From positions 1 through 52,100 of the forward strand of contig WJMS01000066.1 in NCBI GenBank assembly GCA_014727815.1: 52,100 nucleotides of DNA, read 5' to 3'. The translations under genes and the position numbers were made by a program. Of this stretch, positions 1-9,931 are shown piece after piece; position 1 is the stretch's first letter; each line of letters opens with the position of its first letter. This DNA comes from a candidate division GN15 bacterium. GTDB lineage: Bacteria; Zixibacteria; MSB-5A5; GN15; FEB-12. The notes beneath the pieces are model-generated. The model saw nothing but the letters and a program-made list of their open reading frames with translations. It made no database searches and had not been told where the DNA came from.

Positions 1-618
1 ATTCGGGCCGGACCAAATGGTGACCAGTCCGTGCGGAATCAACCGACGGCACGCCTCGATCCACACCTGACAGCGTCGCTTCAGCCAGCCCTCGCACGCA
101 TACTGCTCCCGGCTGAGCACACTGTCGGGCGGCGGCAGGGTGTCGGTCAGCCGATACGATGCACACCCCTCCCACTTTTGCCAGGCTATATCGGGAGGCG
201 GCTGCGGGCCCAGCGTGAACTTGACCCACTGCTCGGCCATCTTTGGAATGTACAACAGCGTGTCTCCGACAACGAGCGTGTCGACACGACTGCGGTAAGC
301 CTCTTCTCCCTCCGGCACCCGGGTACACAGCTGACGGGCATTGATGACAACGCTATCGGGGCCGATGACGTCAGCCACCTGGAAGTTGGCGACTTCCGCG
401 TACGGCCGGTCCAGCTTGGGCATCGGCCGCCATTGCAGCCACGCCCCCTCCTGTGCCCGGATGAGGTAGACCTGCGGTTCGGGCTCGAATTGCCGTACCG
501 CCGAAGTCATCAGAGTCAGGAATACTCCCTCATCAGCCTGGCGCTGCGCGAAACTGGAAATGGGAGCCACACACAGTGTCATGAGAATGACACGGGACCA
601 AAGGCGAAACGTGACCAT
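1..618 (-). CDS. hypothetical secreted protein, N-terminal part only (gene runs off the left edge)
   Basis: My own minus-strand translation from the ATG at 618-616 gives MVTFRLWSRVILMTLCVAPISSFAQRQ..., a signal-peptide-like start. It stays open for 206 codons to position 1, with GC-rich third positions. It is missing from the ORF track because no stop lies inside the window. The listed + ORF 31..621 looks like its antisense shadow. Confidence 0.4.
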   Translation of the reverse strand, partial: MVTFRLWSRVILMTLCVAPISSFAQRQADEGVFLTLMTSAVRQFEPEPQVYLIRAQEGAWLQWRPMPKLDRPYAEVANFQVADVIGPDSVVINARQLCTRVPEGEEAYRSRVDTLVVGDTLLYIPKMAEQWVKFTLGPQPPPDIAWQKWEGCASYRLTDTLPPPDSVLSREQYACEGWLKRRCQVWIEACRRLIPHGLVTIWSGPN

Positions 619-736
619 TGATATCTCCCCGGTATGTGGACAGCACTATCCACATCATTATACTACGCCACAGCACCAACCGTGTCAATTATATGACGGT
701 CGGGGAGCGAAGATATGCAATGCGATTCGAACAGCG

Positions 737-1495
737 CTATTTGTTCTTCTTGATCGAATACGCCCCGCCATCCATCACCAGCTCCGAGCCGGTCATGAAC
801 GCCGAGTCATCCGAGGCCAGGAACAGCGCCGCGCGGGCCAGCTCATCGGCTGTCCCCACCCGGCTCATTGGATTCTGCCTGGCAATACTGTCGATCATCG
901 AACGCACCGACTTCTCCGGATAGCCCAGCCGTGTATAAATCGGTGTATCAACCGGGCCGGGCGTCAACACATTGACACGGATACCGCGGCCGGACAGGTC
1001 GGCCGCCAGCGCCCGCCCGAGCGCCTGTACTCCGGCTTTGGTGGCCGTGTAGACCGATGAGGCCGGTGAGCCCATCCGATTGAGCGCCGCCGAAACCAGA
1101 ATGACTGAACCGCCCTTGTTCAAGTGCGGCAGGGCTTTCTGGACCGTAAAGAACGTCCCCTTGAGGTTGATATCCGACAGCTCATCGAAAAGCTCTTCAT
1201 CAACACGATCAAACGGCACGAACTTCGCCACGCCGGCATTGGCCATGAGAACGTCAATCTTCCCAAACGCCTCGTTCACGTCCTTAAAGAACGCCTCGAG
1301 ATCATCGAGCTTCCGGATATCCCCGGCACGGCCCATCGCCTTCTCACCAAGTTCCGCGACCGTCGCATCAATGCTCTCTTTGTCTCGCCCGAAGATTGCG
1401 ACCGATGCGCCGTTGTTGACATATTCCCGTGCGGTCGCCAGACCGATACCACTGTTGCCGCCGGTAATGACCGCGACCTTACCATCAAGTCTCAT
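737..1495 (-). CDS. short-chain dehydrogenase/reductase (classical SDR)
   Basis: Carries TGGNSGIG (TGxxxGxG), NAG and YTATK (YxxxK) motifs. I prefer the internal start MRLDGKVAVITGG (ATG at 1495) over the track start at 1561. Confidence 0.85.
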   Translation of the reverse strand: MRLDGKVAVITGGNSGIGLATAREYVNNGASVAIFGRDKESIDATVAELGEKAMGRAGDIRKLDDLEAFFKDVNEAFGKIDVLMANAGVAKFVPFDRVDEELFDELSDINLKGTFFTVQKALPHLNKGGSVILVSAALNRMGSPASSVYTATKAGVQALGRALAADLSGRGIRVNVLTPGPVDTPIYTRLGYPEKSVRSMIDSIARQNPMSRVGTADELARAALFLASDDSAFMTGSELVMDGGAYSIKKNK

Positions 1496-1640
1496 CACGT
1501 ACTCCACTGTGCATGTTGCCCCAGCCGCATGGACGGCTGCTTGTTGATTTTCTGTTGTCACGGGAAGTTCTAGCCCCCGTTGTCTCTAGCAACATTGCGT
1601 TGGGCCTTCGGTTCCACACCGGGTCACGCCATCGAGCCAT

Positions 1641-1676
1641 ACAAAAAGAAACGCCCGGCGATGCTTCGCCGGGCGT
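1641..1676 (-). terminator. rho-independent terminator downstream of the redoxin lipoprotein gene
   Basis: Perfect 11-bp stem (1651-1661 pairs with 1666-1676) with a 4-nt loop. On the minus strand it is followed by TTCTTTTTGT. It lies 22 nt after the stop at 1698. Confidence 0.65.
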
Positions 1677-1697
1677 CGAACAAACGTGTCTTTGCGC

Positions 1698-2375
1698 TTA
1701 CGGATACTTCACCGAGCAACCATAGGCCGCGGTCGCTTTGGTGTCTATCGGCTGGTCGTTCATCGAAGCCGTCATCGCCGCCTCGACATAGTTGACCGAA
1801 TTCGGGATATCCGAGGACTTGGTCGACGGGGTGTCGTCGATTGCCCCGGCGTAAACCAGAACGCCCTCCGGATTGATCACATACATGTGCGGCGTATTGG
1901 TGGCGCCGTACATCTTGCCGACCTTCCCGGTCGGATCGGCCAGGTAAGCGGTCCCCGCCCAGCCTTCGGCATCCATCCGGCTGGTCAACTCCTCGCCCTC
2001 GAAATAGCCCTGCTTGCCGGGCGCCGACGAGCAGATACTCAGCCAGACCGCACCGTTCTCCTGGTACTGGGTCTGGTACTTCTGCATGTTGCCGACCGAG
2101 TAGTGCTTTTTCACGAAGGGACAGTCAAAGTTGATCCATTCGAGAATGACGTACTGGCCTTTGAAATCGGACAGCGAATGCACCGTGCCTTCACTGTCGG
2201 TCAGCGTGAAATCGGGCGCGGGCTGGTCGATTGTCGCCGTCGTCGAACTGGCCATCTCGGCCTTTTCACCGGCGTCCGTGGTGGCGGCATCATCGTTGCC
2301 GCCCTCGGCCGAACAGCCGACAAGCGCCAGCAATGCCATCATGGCGGCGACAGTCAGGTAGCGAAACTTGGTCAT
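1698..2375 (-). CDS. thioredoxin-fold redoxin lipoprotein (AhpC/TSA-redoxin family)
   Basis: Signal peptide with lipobox (LALVGC). APDFTLTDSEGTVHSLSDFKGQYVILEW followed by a CPFV-containing segment is typical of redoxin or thiol-peroxidase folds. It sits next to a DsbD-like gene. Confidence 0.8.
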   Translation of the reverse strand: MTKFRYLTVAAMMALLALVGCSAEGGNDDAATTDAGEKAEMASSTTATIDQPAPDFTLTDSEGTVHSLSDFKGQYVILEWINFDCPFVKKHYSVGNMQKYQTQYQENGAVWLSICSSAPGKQGYFEGEELTSRMDAEGWAGTAYLADPTGKVGKMYGATNTPHMYVINPEGVLVYAGAIDDTPSTKSSDIPNSVNYVEAAMTASMNDQPIDTKATAAYGCSVKYP

Positions 2376-2430
2376 CGTGTTCTCCGTGTGATGAGTGTTG
2401 CGATAATGTCTTGTCTATCGGTGTGGATGG

Positions 2431-4632
2431 TCAACCTTCAACTTTGCTCAGCGCGTCCAATACGACTCCCGGAGTCAGAATCTCCGGCAGGACAATCGGC
2501 TCCGCGCTTTCGCCCCGGTACAGCACATACAGCGGCACACTGTTGCGGCCGTATCGTGCCAGGGCTCTGGTGATCGTGTCATCGCGCGAGGTCCAGTCGG
2601 CTTTCAGCGCCACAACCCCCAGTTTCTCGAATCGGTCCTGCACCTCGGTCGAACTGAACGCCACCCGCTCGTTCACTTTACAACTGAGACACCAGGCGGC
2701 AGTGAAATCGATAAACAGCGGCGCATCCGATGCTACCGCCTGCTCGTACCGCTCCGGCGTGTATGGCTCCCAGGTGATGGAACCATCGCTGGTAGTCGCG
2801 GCAGTTGTCATGGTCGTACCAAACGTATTCACCCCGATCAGGCCGAAGCCGACCCCGCCCACCAGCAGGATCCCGGCCAGGGCATAGGCAATCCCGCGTT
2901 TCGGCATCGCCACACTGAGCGTTCCCCAGCGACCATAAATCCAGCCGGCAATGCCGATCACCAGCAGCGACAACAGCAGCACGCCGAGCGCATTCACGCC
3001 GGCCTGCTGACCGAGCACCCAGGCCAGCCAGATAACGGTAGCCAGCAGCAAGAAGCCCATGATCTGTTTGAGTGTCTCCATCCAGCGACCCGGCTTCGGG
3101 ACAAACTTCAGTAACGCCGGCGACGCGGACAACACAACATACGGCGCCGCCATTCCCAGACCGAGTGCAGCGAAGATCAACAACGCCACCCATGCCGGCT
3201 GGGCCAGCGAGAATCCCAGCGCCGATCCCATAAACGGCGCCGTGCACGGCGTGGCGACCACCGTCGCCGTGACGCCGTTCAGAAACGAACCGCCCCAGCC
3301 CCCGCCCTTTTGCGACTGGGCGCCGACGGCGGTCAGCGAGGTACCAATCTCGAACACGCCCAGCAGCGACAGGCCGAACAGAAATATGAACGATGACAGA
3401 ATGACCAGGAAAACGGGTGACTGTAACTGGAAGCCCCAGCCCAACTGCTCGCCGCCGGCGCGCAGAATCAGCAGCGCTGCGGCCAGCGCCAGGAACGACA
3501 GCAGGACGCCAAGCGTAAATACCAGACCATGCGACAGGGCCGAGCTGCGACTTTCATTCGCCTTGTTCACGAACCCCAGTATCTTCAATGACAGTACCGG
3601 CAGCACGCACGGCATCAGGTTCAGGATCATGCCCCCCACAAACGCAAACAGCAGCGCTTTCCAGATTCCAAACGTCTCACTCGACGCGGCAGCGGTTGCG
3701 GCCGCGGGCGGCTCACCTACCGGCGCCTCGATCGCCAGCGCCTTCTCCGATCCCGGTCCACGCCAGCCCGACTCCGCCACCAGCACCCCGGCTATCTGCT
3801 CCGGCTCACCGGTGGCATTGCGGAATCGTTCAATGCGCAGGGTGTATCCATCGGCCGTGGTGGTTACCACCTGGTCGGCGGCGTTGGCGATCACACCCTT
3901 GTCGTAAGGAAAGAAATGAACTCCCTGCAGCGAATCGGTATGCCACTCCGGAGCGGCAAGCGTCAGGGTGATTGTTGACTCGTCAACCGATGCGCGCGCT
4001 GTCCAATCGGTCGCCCGTACCGGCAGTCGAGTACGGGTGTCGTTGAACCGATCGGCCCAGTCTCCGTTGAAACCCGGCGCCTCGGCCGTCACCGGAAGAC
4101 CAAGCGTCAGGTCCGTCTCACCGGGTATGCACGCTTCCTTGCAAACCAACCACTCCGCATGAGCCGCAAGCTGAACAGTCGTTCCCGGCGCGACATCATC
4201 CGCCGGCGTAATCTGCACCGGCAACAGCACGTCGCCGTAGTAGCCGAAACTGGTCAGCGGCGGAACAACGAATCGATCGGGATACGGCCAGTTGATCTGA
4301 CCGGCGCTGAAACCGTCCGGAAGATCCCATGTGATTTTCGGCGGCAGGCCGGCGTCACCGGGGTTGCGCCAGTAGACATGCCAGTGCTCATCCATCGACA
4401 AATGCAGCCCAACCCAGAATGGCTGCCCCGGCTGGATCGATGACACCTCGGACACCAGCTCGGCCTCAACATGCCCCACCCGAACCGGCTCGGCCGGCAA
4501 TGGCACAGCCAGCGAAATCGTAATCGCTAAAAACAGGAATGCCGCTCTCAGAGATGATCCGCGGCGCCGTGGCCAAACCGTGCGGGCGGTTGGAACGGGG
4601 AATCGTTGTGGTGCATCGTTAGTAGATATCAT
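2431..4632 (-). CDS. dsbD: thiol:disulfide interchange protein, DsbD/ScsB-like (N-terminal periplasmic domain, CcdA-type membrane core, C-terminal thioredoxin)
   Basis: The N-domain has WLVCKEACIP. The membrane core has LNLMPCVLPVLS and ATPCTAPF cysteines. The C-terminal thioredoxin carries WCLSC. The likely start is MISTNDAPQ (ATG at 4632), ahead of a signal-like LRAAFLFLAITISLAVPLPA, not the track start at 4836. Confidence 0.85.
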   Translation of the reverse strand: MISTNDAPQRFPVPTARTVWPRRRGSSLRAAFLFLAITISLAVPLPAEPVRVGHVEAELVSEVSSIQPGQPFWVGLHLSMDEHWHVYWRNPGDAGLPPKITWDLPDGFSAGQINWPYPDRFVVPPLTSFGYYGDVLLPVQITPADDVAPGTTVQLAAHAEWLVCKEACIPGETDLTLGLPVTAEAPGFNGDWADRFNDTRTRLPVRATDWTARASVDESTITLTLAAPEWHTDSLQGVHFFPYDKGVIANAADQVVTTTADGYTLRIERFRNATGEPEQIAGVLVAESGWRGPGSEKALAIEAPVGEPPAAATAAASSETFGIWKALLFAFVGGMILNLMPCVLPVLSLKILGFVNKANESRSSALSHGLVFTLGVLLSFLALAAALLILRAGGEQLGWGFQLQSPVFLVILSSFIFLFGLSLLGVFEIGTSLTAVGAQSQKGGGWGGSFLNGVTATVVATPCTAPFMGSALGFSLAQPAWVALLIFAALGLGMAAPYVVLSASPALLKFVPKPGRWMETLKQIMGFLLLATVIWLAWVLGQQAGVNALGVLLLSLLVIGIAGWIYGRWGTLSVAMPKRGIAYALAGILLVGGVGFGLIGVNTFGTTMTTAATTSDGSITWEPYTPERYEQAVASDAPLFIDFTAAWCLSCKVNERVAFSSTEVQDRFEKLGVVALKADWTSRDDTITRALARYGRNSVPLYVLYRGESAEPIVLPEILTPGVVLDALSKVEG

Positions 4633-4961
4633 GAATCGAACTATTCCACTATTGGGGGTCCGCAAATCTGCCTCTTTATAACGGGACCGGGGGGCTTCTG
4701 TTCCCTTTTGTTTTTCGTAGATTCTCTGCTGGCCCGCATCAAGCTGTTGCCTCCGTGGATCTTGCCCCCGGCAAACATGTCCTTCCGCAGTCATAGCAAA
4801 ACACCCTGGTAACGTATTGAACAGCAGGGCATTCAAATTTCATGGAAAAATAGGCGAGTCGTTACCTGATCCTAACAATGAGGTTATAGCTATGGCCTTC
4901 GTGATTCCGACTCACGCATGAAGAAGTGTGTACGGACCATCATTCGCAGAGGGGAAACCTA

Positions 4962-6866
4962 ATGGCTTCGAACCGTTCCACGCCACATGTGTCACTGCCG
5001 ATGACAGCGGGCCATCCTTCTCCAACACCGTTTTCATTGCCGCAGTCGCACGCGTCGCGGCTCACCGGCACCCTGCTCAAGGTGCTCCGACGCCCGCTCG
5101 AGAAGACTCTGCAGCTGGAAACCCTGAATGAGCTGTATCGGCTGCTTCTGACTCCGGAGAACAGCTGCGACTTCATCAACCGCGCCCTGTCGTTGTTGAA
5201 CGTCCGGTACGATGTCGCCCCGCAGGATCGGGAACGTATCCCGACCGAGGGTCCGGTGATCGTCGTGGCCAACCATCCCTTCGGCGCCATCGAGGGAATC
5301 ATCCTGCTCTCGCTGTTACGCTCCGTCCGAACCGATGTGCGCGTGATGGCCAATTACCTGCTGGCGCGAATTCCCGAAATGCGACCCTGGCTGATCGCCG
5401 TCGATCCGTTTGGTGGTCGCGGCGCTGCCGGCCGCAATCTTCGGCCGTTGCGCGAAGCCATCGCCTGGCTCGAACGCGACAGTCTGCTGGGTATCTTCCC
5501 GGCCGGCGAGGTCGCCCATCTGCAGATGCGAACCCGCCATGTCAGCGATCCCAACTGGAGCCCGACCGTCGCCCGATTGGTCCGGCTTACCGACGCCCCG
5601 GTCGTCCCAGTCTATTTCGATGGCACCAACTCGCCGCTCTTCCATGCCGCCGGCCTGGTTCACCCGAGATTGCGCACGGCCCTGTTGCCGCGCGAACTGC
5701 TCAATAAATCCGACCGCTGCCTGACAGTACGTATCGGCAGCCCGATATCATCGCAGACCCTCAACAGCATCTCCGGCGACCGGCAAATGATGTCGTACCT
5801 GCGACTGCGCACCTACCTGCTGTCCGAGCGATGCGGCGACAAACCGCCCGTGACCGTCAGGAAGATCCGGTCGAACCCGATTACGAAGTCATCGGCCATC
5901 GCCGCGCAGCAGCCGCCTGACAGACTGGCTGTTGAGGTTTCCAATTTGCCGGTGGACGCACTGATGGCCGAACATGGCGACTACGCCGCCTATTGCGTCC
6001 GGCCTGAACTGATCCCCGGCTGCCTGCGCGAAATCGGACGGTTACGTGAAATCACCTTCCGTGCCGCCGGTGAGGGTACCGGACATGAAGTCGACCTTGA
6101 TCGCTTCGATCTATACTACCTGCACCTCTTTGTCTGGAATCGGGACAAGAATGAAATCGCCGGCGCCTACCGGCTCGGCCTGACCGATGAGATCGTCCGC
6201 ACCCACGGTATCAAGGGGCTCTATACAAAAACACTCTTCCGCTACCGTCGTCGCCTCATCGATCACATCTCACCCGCCATCGAACTCGGCCGCTCGTTCA
6301 TCCGCGAGGAATATCAGCGGGAATTCACCCCATTGCATTTGCTCTGGCGAGGTATCGGCCAGGTTGTCGTACGCAACCCCCGTTACCGCCGCCTGTTCGG
6401 ACCGGTGTCGATCAGCAGCCGCTACCGCGACGCCTCGATCCGACTGCTGGTCGACTTCCTCAAAGAGAACAGCTTCGATGACCAACTGTCACGACTGGTC
6501 AAGCCACGCTCGCCACTAAAGAACGGCAAAGGCGCTCCCTGGCGCGACTGCCTGCCCGAGGCCGCCCCGTGCAGTCTGGAAGAAGTCTCTCGTCTGATAG
6601 GCGAGATCGAGGTCAATGGCGAAGGCATTCCGATTCTGCTGAAGCAGTATCTCAAGCTCGGTGGACGCCTGCTGGCGTTCAATGTCGACCCGGCGTTCAA
6701 CGACGCGCTCGACGGCCTCATCGTCGTCGATCTGGTCCAGACCCCGGAACGGGTTCTCGAACGCTATCTCGGCAAGACCGGCACCCAGCGCTTTCACAGC
6801 TGTCATGCCCCCATAATCGCCGGTGCCGGCGGACACCGAACCACAGCGTCCGTCACTGCCCGCTGA
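4962..6866 (+). CDS. two-domain acyltransferase: N-terminal PlsC-type (lysophospholipid) acyltransferase fused to a C-terminal GNAT/OlsB-like N-acyltransferase
   Basis: The N-terminal half has VVANHPFGAIEG (HX4D/E-type box) and FPAGE. The C-terminal half has REITFRAAGEGTG...FDLYYLHLFVWN, as in hemolysin-like/OlsB-type N-acyltransferases. GAGGGGA lies 8 nt before the ATG at 4962; the track start 4926 is a GTG. Confidence 0.7.
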   Translation: MASNRSTPHVSLPMTAGHPSPTPFSLPQSHASRLTGTLLKVLRRPLEKTLQLETLNELYRLLLTPENSCDFINRALSLLNVRYDVAPQDRERIPTEGPVIVVANHPFGAIEGIILLSLLRSVRTDVRVMANYLLARIPEMRPWLIAVDPFGGRGAAGRNLRPLREAIAWLERDSLLGIFPAGEVAHLQMRTRHVSDPNWSPTVARLVRLTDAPVVPVYFDGTNSPLFHAAGLVHPRLRTALLPRELLNKSDRCLTVRIGSPISSQTLNSISGDRQMMSYLRLRTYLLSERCGDKPPVTVRKIRSNPITKSSAIAAQQPPDRLAVEVSNLPVDALMAEHGDYAAYCVRPELIPGCLREIGRLREITFRAAGEGTGHEVDLDRFDLYYLHLFVWNRDKNEIAGAYRLGLTDEIVRTHGIKGLYTKTLFRYRRRLIDHISPAIELGRSFIREEYQREFTPLHLLWRGIGQVVVRNPRYRRLFGPVSISSRYRDASIRLLVDFLKENSFDDQLSRLVKPRSPLKNGKGAPWRDCLPEAAPCSLEEVSRLIGEIEVNGEGIPILLKQYLKLGGRLLAFNVDPAFNDALDGLIVVDLVQTPERVLERYLGKTGTQRFHSCHAPIIAGAGGHRTTASVTAR

Positions 6867-6868
6867 GC

Positions 6869-7432
6869 CTATTCCGCCGGCACCCTGATACGCGTGCGCG
6901 GCAGGTCTTCCTCGGTACGAACGCCATCGCGTTTGATCACCTTACCGGGAATACCGGCAACGGTGCAGTTCGACGGCACATCGCACATCACGATGAAGCT
7001 GTTGGCGCCGATCTTGACATTGTCGCCCACCGTTATCGGCCCCAAAAGAATCGCCCCCGTCCCGACATAGACGTTGTCGCCGAGGGTCGGGTGACGTTTG
7101 CCGTGATGCTTGCCCGTTCCTCCCAGCGTCACGTTGTGAAACAGGACGCAGTCACGGCCGATCACGGTCGTCTCACCGATCACCACCCCCATACCGTGGT
7201 CGACAAAAAACCCCGGACCGATCTGCGCTCCCGGATGGATCTCCAGCCCGGTTAGGAACCGATTGATCTCTGAGAGCAAGCGCGGGACGAACGGGATATG
7301 CAGCTTCCACAGGAAGTGAATGAAGCGATGAAAGGTGACCGCATGGAAGCCGGGATACAGCAGAAACTCGATATTCCGGCAGGCCGGATCGTTGCGATAG
7401 ATCGCTTTGATATCTTCAAGTACCGCGCGCAT
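6869..7432 (-). CDS. cysE: serine O-acetyltransferase
   Basis: Contains hexapeptide repeats, and [15 protein letters not shown]...GVTLGGTGK is the CysE signature region. It lies directly downstream of cysK. Confidence 0.9.
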   Translation of the reverse strand: MRAVLEDIKAIYRNDPACRNIEFLLYPGFHAVTFHRFIHFLWKLHIPFVPRLLSEINRFLTGLEIHPGAQIGPGFFVDHGMGVVIGETTVIGRDCVLFHNVTLGGTGKHHGKRHPTLGDNVYVGTGAILLGPITVGDNVKIGANSFIVMCDVPSNCTVAGIPGKVIKRDGVRTEEDLPRTRIRVPAE

Positions 7433-7461
7433 ACAACGGTGTGTCCTTCTCGTTCGTGAAC

Positions 7462-8388
7462 CTACTCGGACGGTAACTCGGTGAACAAAGGCGTCGAGAC
7501 ATACCGTTCGCCGGTATCACACACAAACGTCACGACCGTTTTGCCCTTGCCCAGCTCTTTGGCCACCTGCAACGCCGCCCAGACAATAGCCCCCGAAGAT
7601 ATCCCGGCCAGCAGGCCTTCCTTGGCAGCCAGATCACGAGCGGTACGCATGGCGTCTTCGTTTTTGACCCGCATCACCCGGTCGACAATGTCGCCGTGAT
7701 AATTGTCCGGGACAAAGCCCGCGCCAATTCCCTGCAGCGGATGCGGCCCCGGCTCGCCGCCGGAAATCACCGGCGAGGCGTCCGGCTCAACAGCGACGAG
7801 CGTACAGCCATACCGGTCCTTGAGCACCCGACCCGACCCGGAGATCGTCCCGCCGGTCCCGACCCCGGCCACGTAGGCATCGAGCGTCACCTCCGCCAGA
7901 TCCTCGATAATCTCCGGCGCCGTGGTGTCGCGGTGAATCGCCGGATTGGCCGGGTTGGCAAACTGAAACGGCTGATAGCAATCATCGGCTTTGGCCAGTT
8001 CGGCAGCCTTCTCAATGGCGCCTTTCATCCCCTTATCGGCCGGGGTCAACACCAGTTTGGCGCCGAACAGGTTCAACAGGGCCCGGCGCTCCTGGCTCAT
8101 CGACTCCGGCATCGTCAGGATACAGGTATACCCTTTCGAAGCCGCAGCCATCGCGAGGGCAATACCGGTATTGCCGGAGGTCGGCTCGACAATCGTCATG
8201 CCCGGCTTGAGCTTACCCTCCCGCTCAGCGGCCTCGATCATCGCCGCGCCGATGCGGTCCTTGACCGATCCGCCCGGATTGAACGCCTCCATTTTTGCAT
8301 AGACAGTGGCGTCGTCCGGTCCGGTCAGGCGGTTGAGCCGGATCAGCGGGGTACGGCCGATTGCTTCGATAACGTTGTTGAATCGCAT
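7462..8388 (-). CDS. cysK: cysteine synthase A (O-acetylserine sulfhydrylase)
   Basis: Carries GGSVKDRIG (PLP lysine region) and [11 protein letters not shown]. The start is taken at [15 protein letters not shown] (ATG at 8388) rather than the track start at 8487. Confidence 0.9.
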   Translation of the reverse strand: MRFNNVIEAIGRTPLIRLNRLTGPDDATVYAKMEAFNPGGSVKDRIGAAMIEAAEREGKLKPGMTIVEPTSGNTGIALAMAAASKGYTCILTMPESMSQERRALLNLFGAKLVLTPADKGMKGAIEKAAELAKADDCYQPFQFANPANPAIHRDTTAPEIIEDLAEVTLDAYVAGVGTGGTISGSGRVLKDRYGCTLVAVEPDASPVISGGEPGPHPLQGIGAGFVPDNYHGDIVDRVMRVKNEDAMRTARDLAAKEGLLAGISSGAIVWAALQVAKELGKGKTVVTFVCDTGERYVSTPLFTELPSE

Positions 8389-8548
8389 GGGCTGAGTTCC
8401 TTCCTGATAGTATCGGCGTTTTGGTCTGTTAACTAACCTACGTCGATCCCCGATTGTTCGATTGGCCCCGAACATACCTCGGATCAATTCACCGCCGGCA
8501 ATCGATCAGTTTGACTTCTGCCGCCTGAAACCCGTATCATGGGGCACT

Positions 8549-9841
8549 ATGACGCAGCCGTTTCCCAATAACTTCCTCTGGGGAGTCGCCACCTCCGCAT
8601 TTCAGATCGAAGGCCGGATTGAAAACGATATGACCGACTGGGAACGCCAGGGGCGTTTCCGGACCGAGCAGTACGACCCGGTCGCGGGCGATACCGCCGA
8701 CCACTGGCGCCGCTGGGAAGACGATTTCGAATTGCTCAAACAGCTCGGGGTCAACAGCTACCGCTTCTCGGTGGAATGGGCGCGAATCGAACCAACCCCC
8801 GGCCAGTTCAACCAGCGCGCCCTCGACCAGTACAGCCGGATGATCGACCGGCTGCTCGAAAAGGGTATCACGCCGATGCTCACCCTGCACCACTTTACCC
8901 ACCCGACCTGGTTCCACGAACGCTCACCCTGGCACCGCTCCGATGCTCCGGAGAGTTTCATGCCATTCGTACAGGTCGTCACCGAGAAACTGCTCGACCG
9001 GGTTCCGCTGGTTGTCACTATCAATGAACCACTGGTCTGGCTGCTGGCGGCCTACGGCGAGGGCAAATTCCCTCCGGGCTACAAAGACCTCCAGTTGATG
9101 ATGGTCGCCCTGCAGCGGATGCTCGAGGCGCATCGATTGGCCTACGACCATATCAAGAGTCGCCGTGCCGACACCCAGGTCGGTATCGCCCACAACTTCA
9201 TCGTCTTCAAGCGAGCCCGCCTCAATCACCTCTTCGACCGTCACCTCAAGCCGCTGATCCATCGTTTCTACAATATCATGATCCCGGAGGCCTTTCAGAC
9301 CAATCGGCTGCTCTACCAGTTTCCCCTCGTGCTGGCATACGACGAAGAAATCGAACTCGACAACCGCATCGACTTCTGGGGCATCAACTACTACTACCGC
9401 ATGCACGTGCGCTTTCGGTTCAATCTCGAACGACCGTTCGACGTCATGTTCATTCCCCGCTCCGGCGAAGGTCAATCCGATCTTGGCTGGGAGATCTATC
9501 CCAAGGGACTGCGCAAGATATGCAAGTGGCTCGAGTTCACCGGCAAGCCGCTGTACATAACCGAAAACGGCATCGCCGCCGGCGACGATCAGTTGCGCGC
9601 CGAGTTTCTCAAAAAGCACCTCGACTCACTGCGCAAGGCAATCGACGACGGCTACCCTGTTCGCGGCTACTACCACTGGAGCTTCCTTGACAACTACGAG
9701 TGGCTCGAAGGGACGCGGGCCAAGTTCGGCCTCTATCATGTCGACTTCGAGAATGACTACCGACGGTCGCTGAAGCCTTCGGGCGCGCTGTATCGTGAGT
9801 ATATTCGGGACGCAACCACTGAGGATCCTGCCGGATCCTGA
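8549..9841 (+). CDS. glycoside hydrolase family 1 beta-glucosidase
   Basis: N-terminal FLWGVATSAFQIEG, acid/base TINEP and nucleophile YITENG motifs are all present. The start is at MTQPFPNNF (ATG at 8549). Confidence 0.9.
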   Translation: MTQPFPNNFLWGVATSAFQIEGRIENDMTDWERQGRFRTEQYDPVAGDTADHWRRWEDDFELLKQLGVNSYRFSVEWARIEPTPGQFNQRALDQYSRMIDRLLEKGITPMLTLHHFTHPTWFHERSPWHRSDAPESFMPFVQVVTEKLLDRVPLVVTINEPLVWLLAAYGEGKFPPGYKDLQLMMVALQRMLEAHRLAYDHIKSRRADTQVGIAHNFIVFKRARLNHLFDRHLKPLIHRFYNIMIPEAFQTNRLLYQFPLVLAYDEEIELDNRIDFWGINYYYRMHVRFRFNLERPFDVMFIPRSGEGQSDLGWEIYPKGLRKICKWLEFTGKPLYITENGIAAGDDQLRAEFLKKHLDSLRKAIDDGYPVRGYYHWSFLDNYEWLEGTRAKFGLYHVDFENDYRRSLKPSGALYREYIRDATTEDPAGS

Positions 9842-9931
9842 CAATCTCACCAAATCTTAATCTAGCACTAACCGGCACGCAATTTAAACACTGTTATTGC
9901 GTTTCGGAGCAACCGATAACCCGGGAGAGCC

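Noticed and set aside
31-621. 196-aa plus-strand ORF at the left edge
   Set aside because: The product is Arg/Pro/Leu-rich and low in information, with no RBS or motif. The opposite strand gives a cleaner open frame with a signal peptide and GC-rich third positions. I treat the + ORF as an antisense shadow typical of high-GC DNA.
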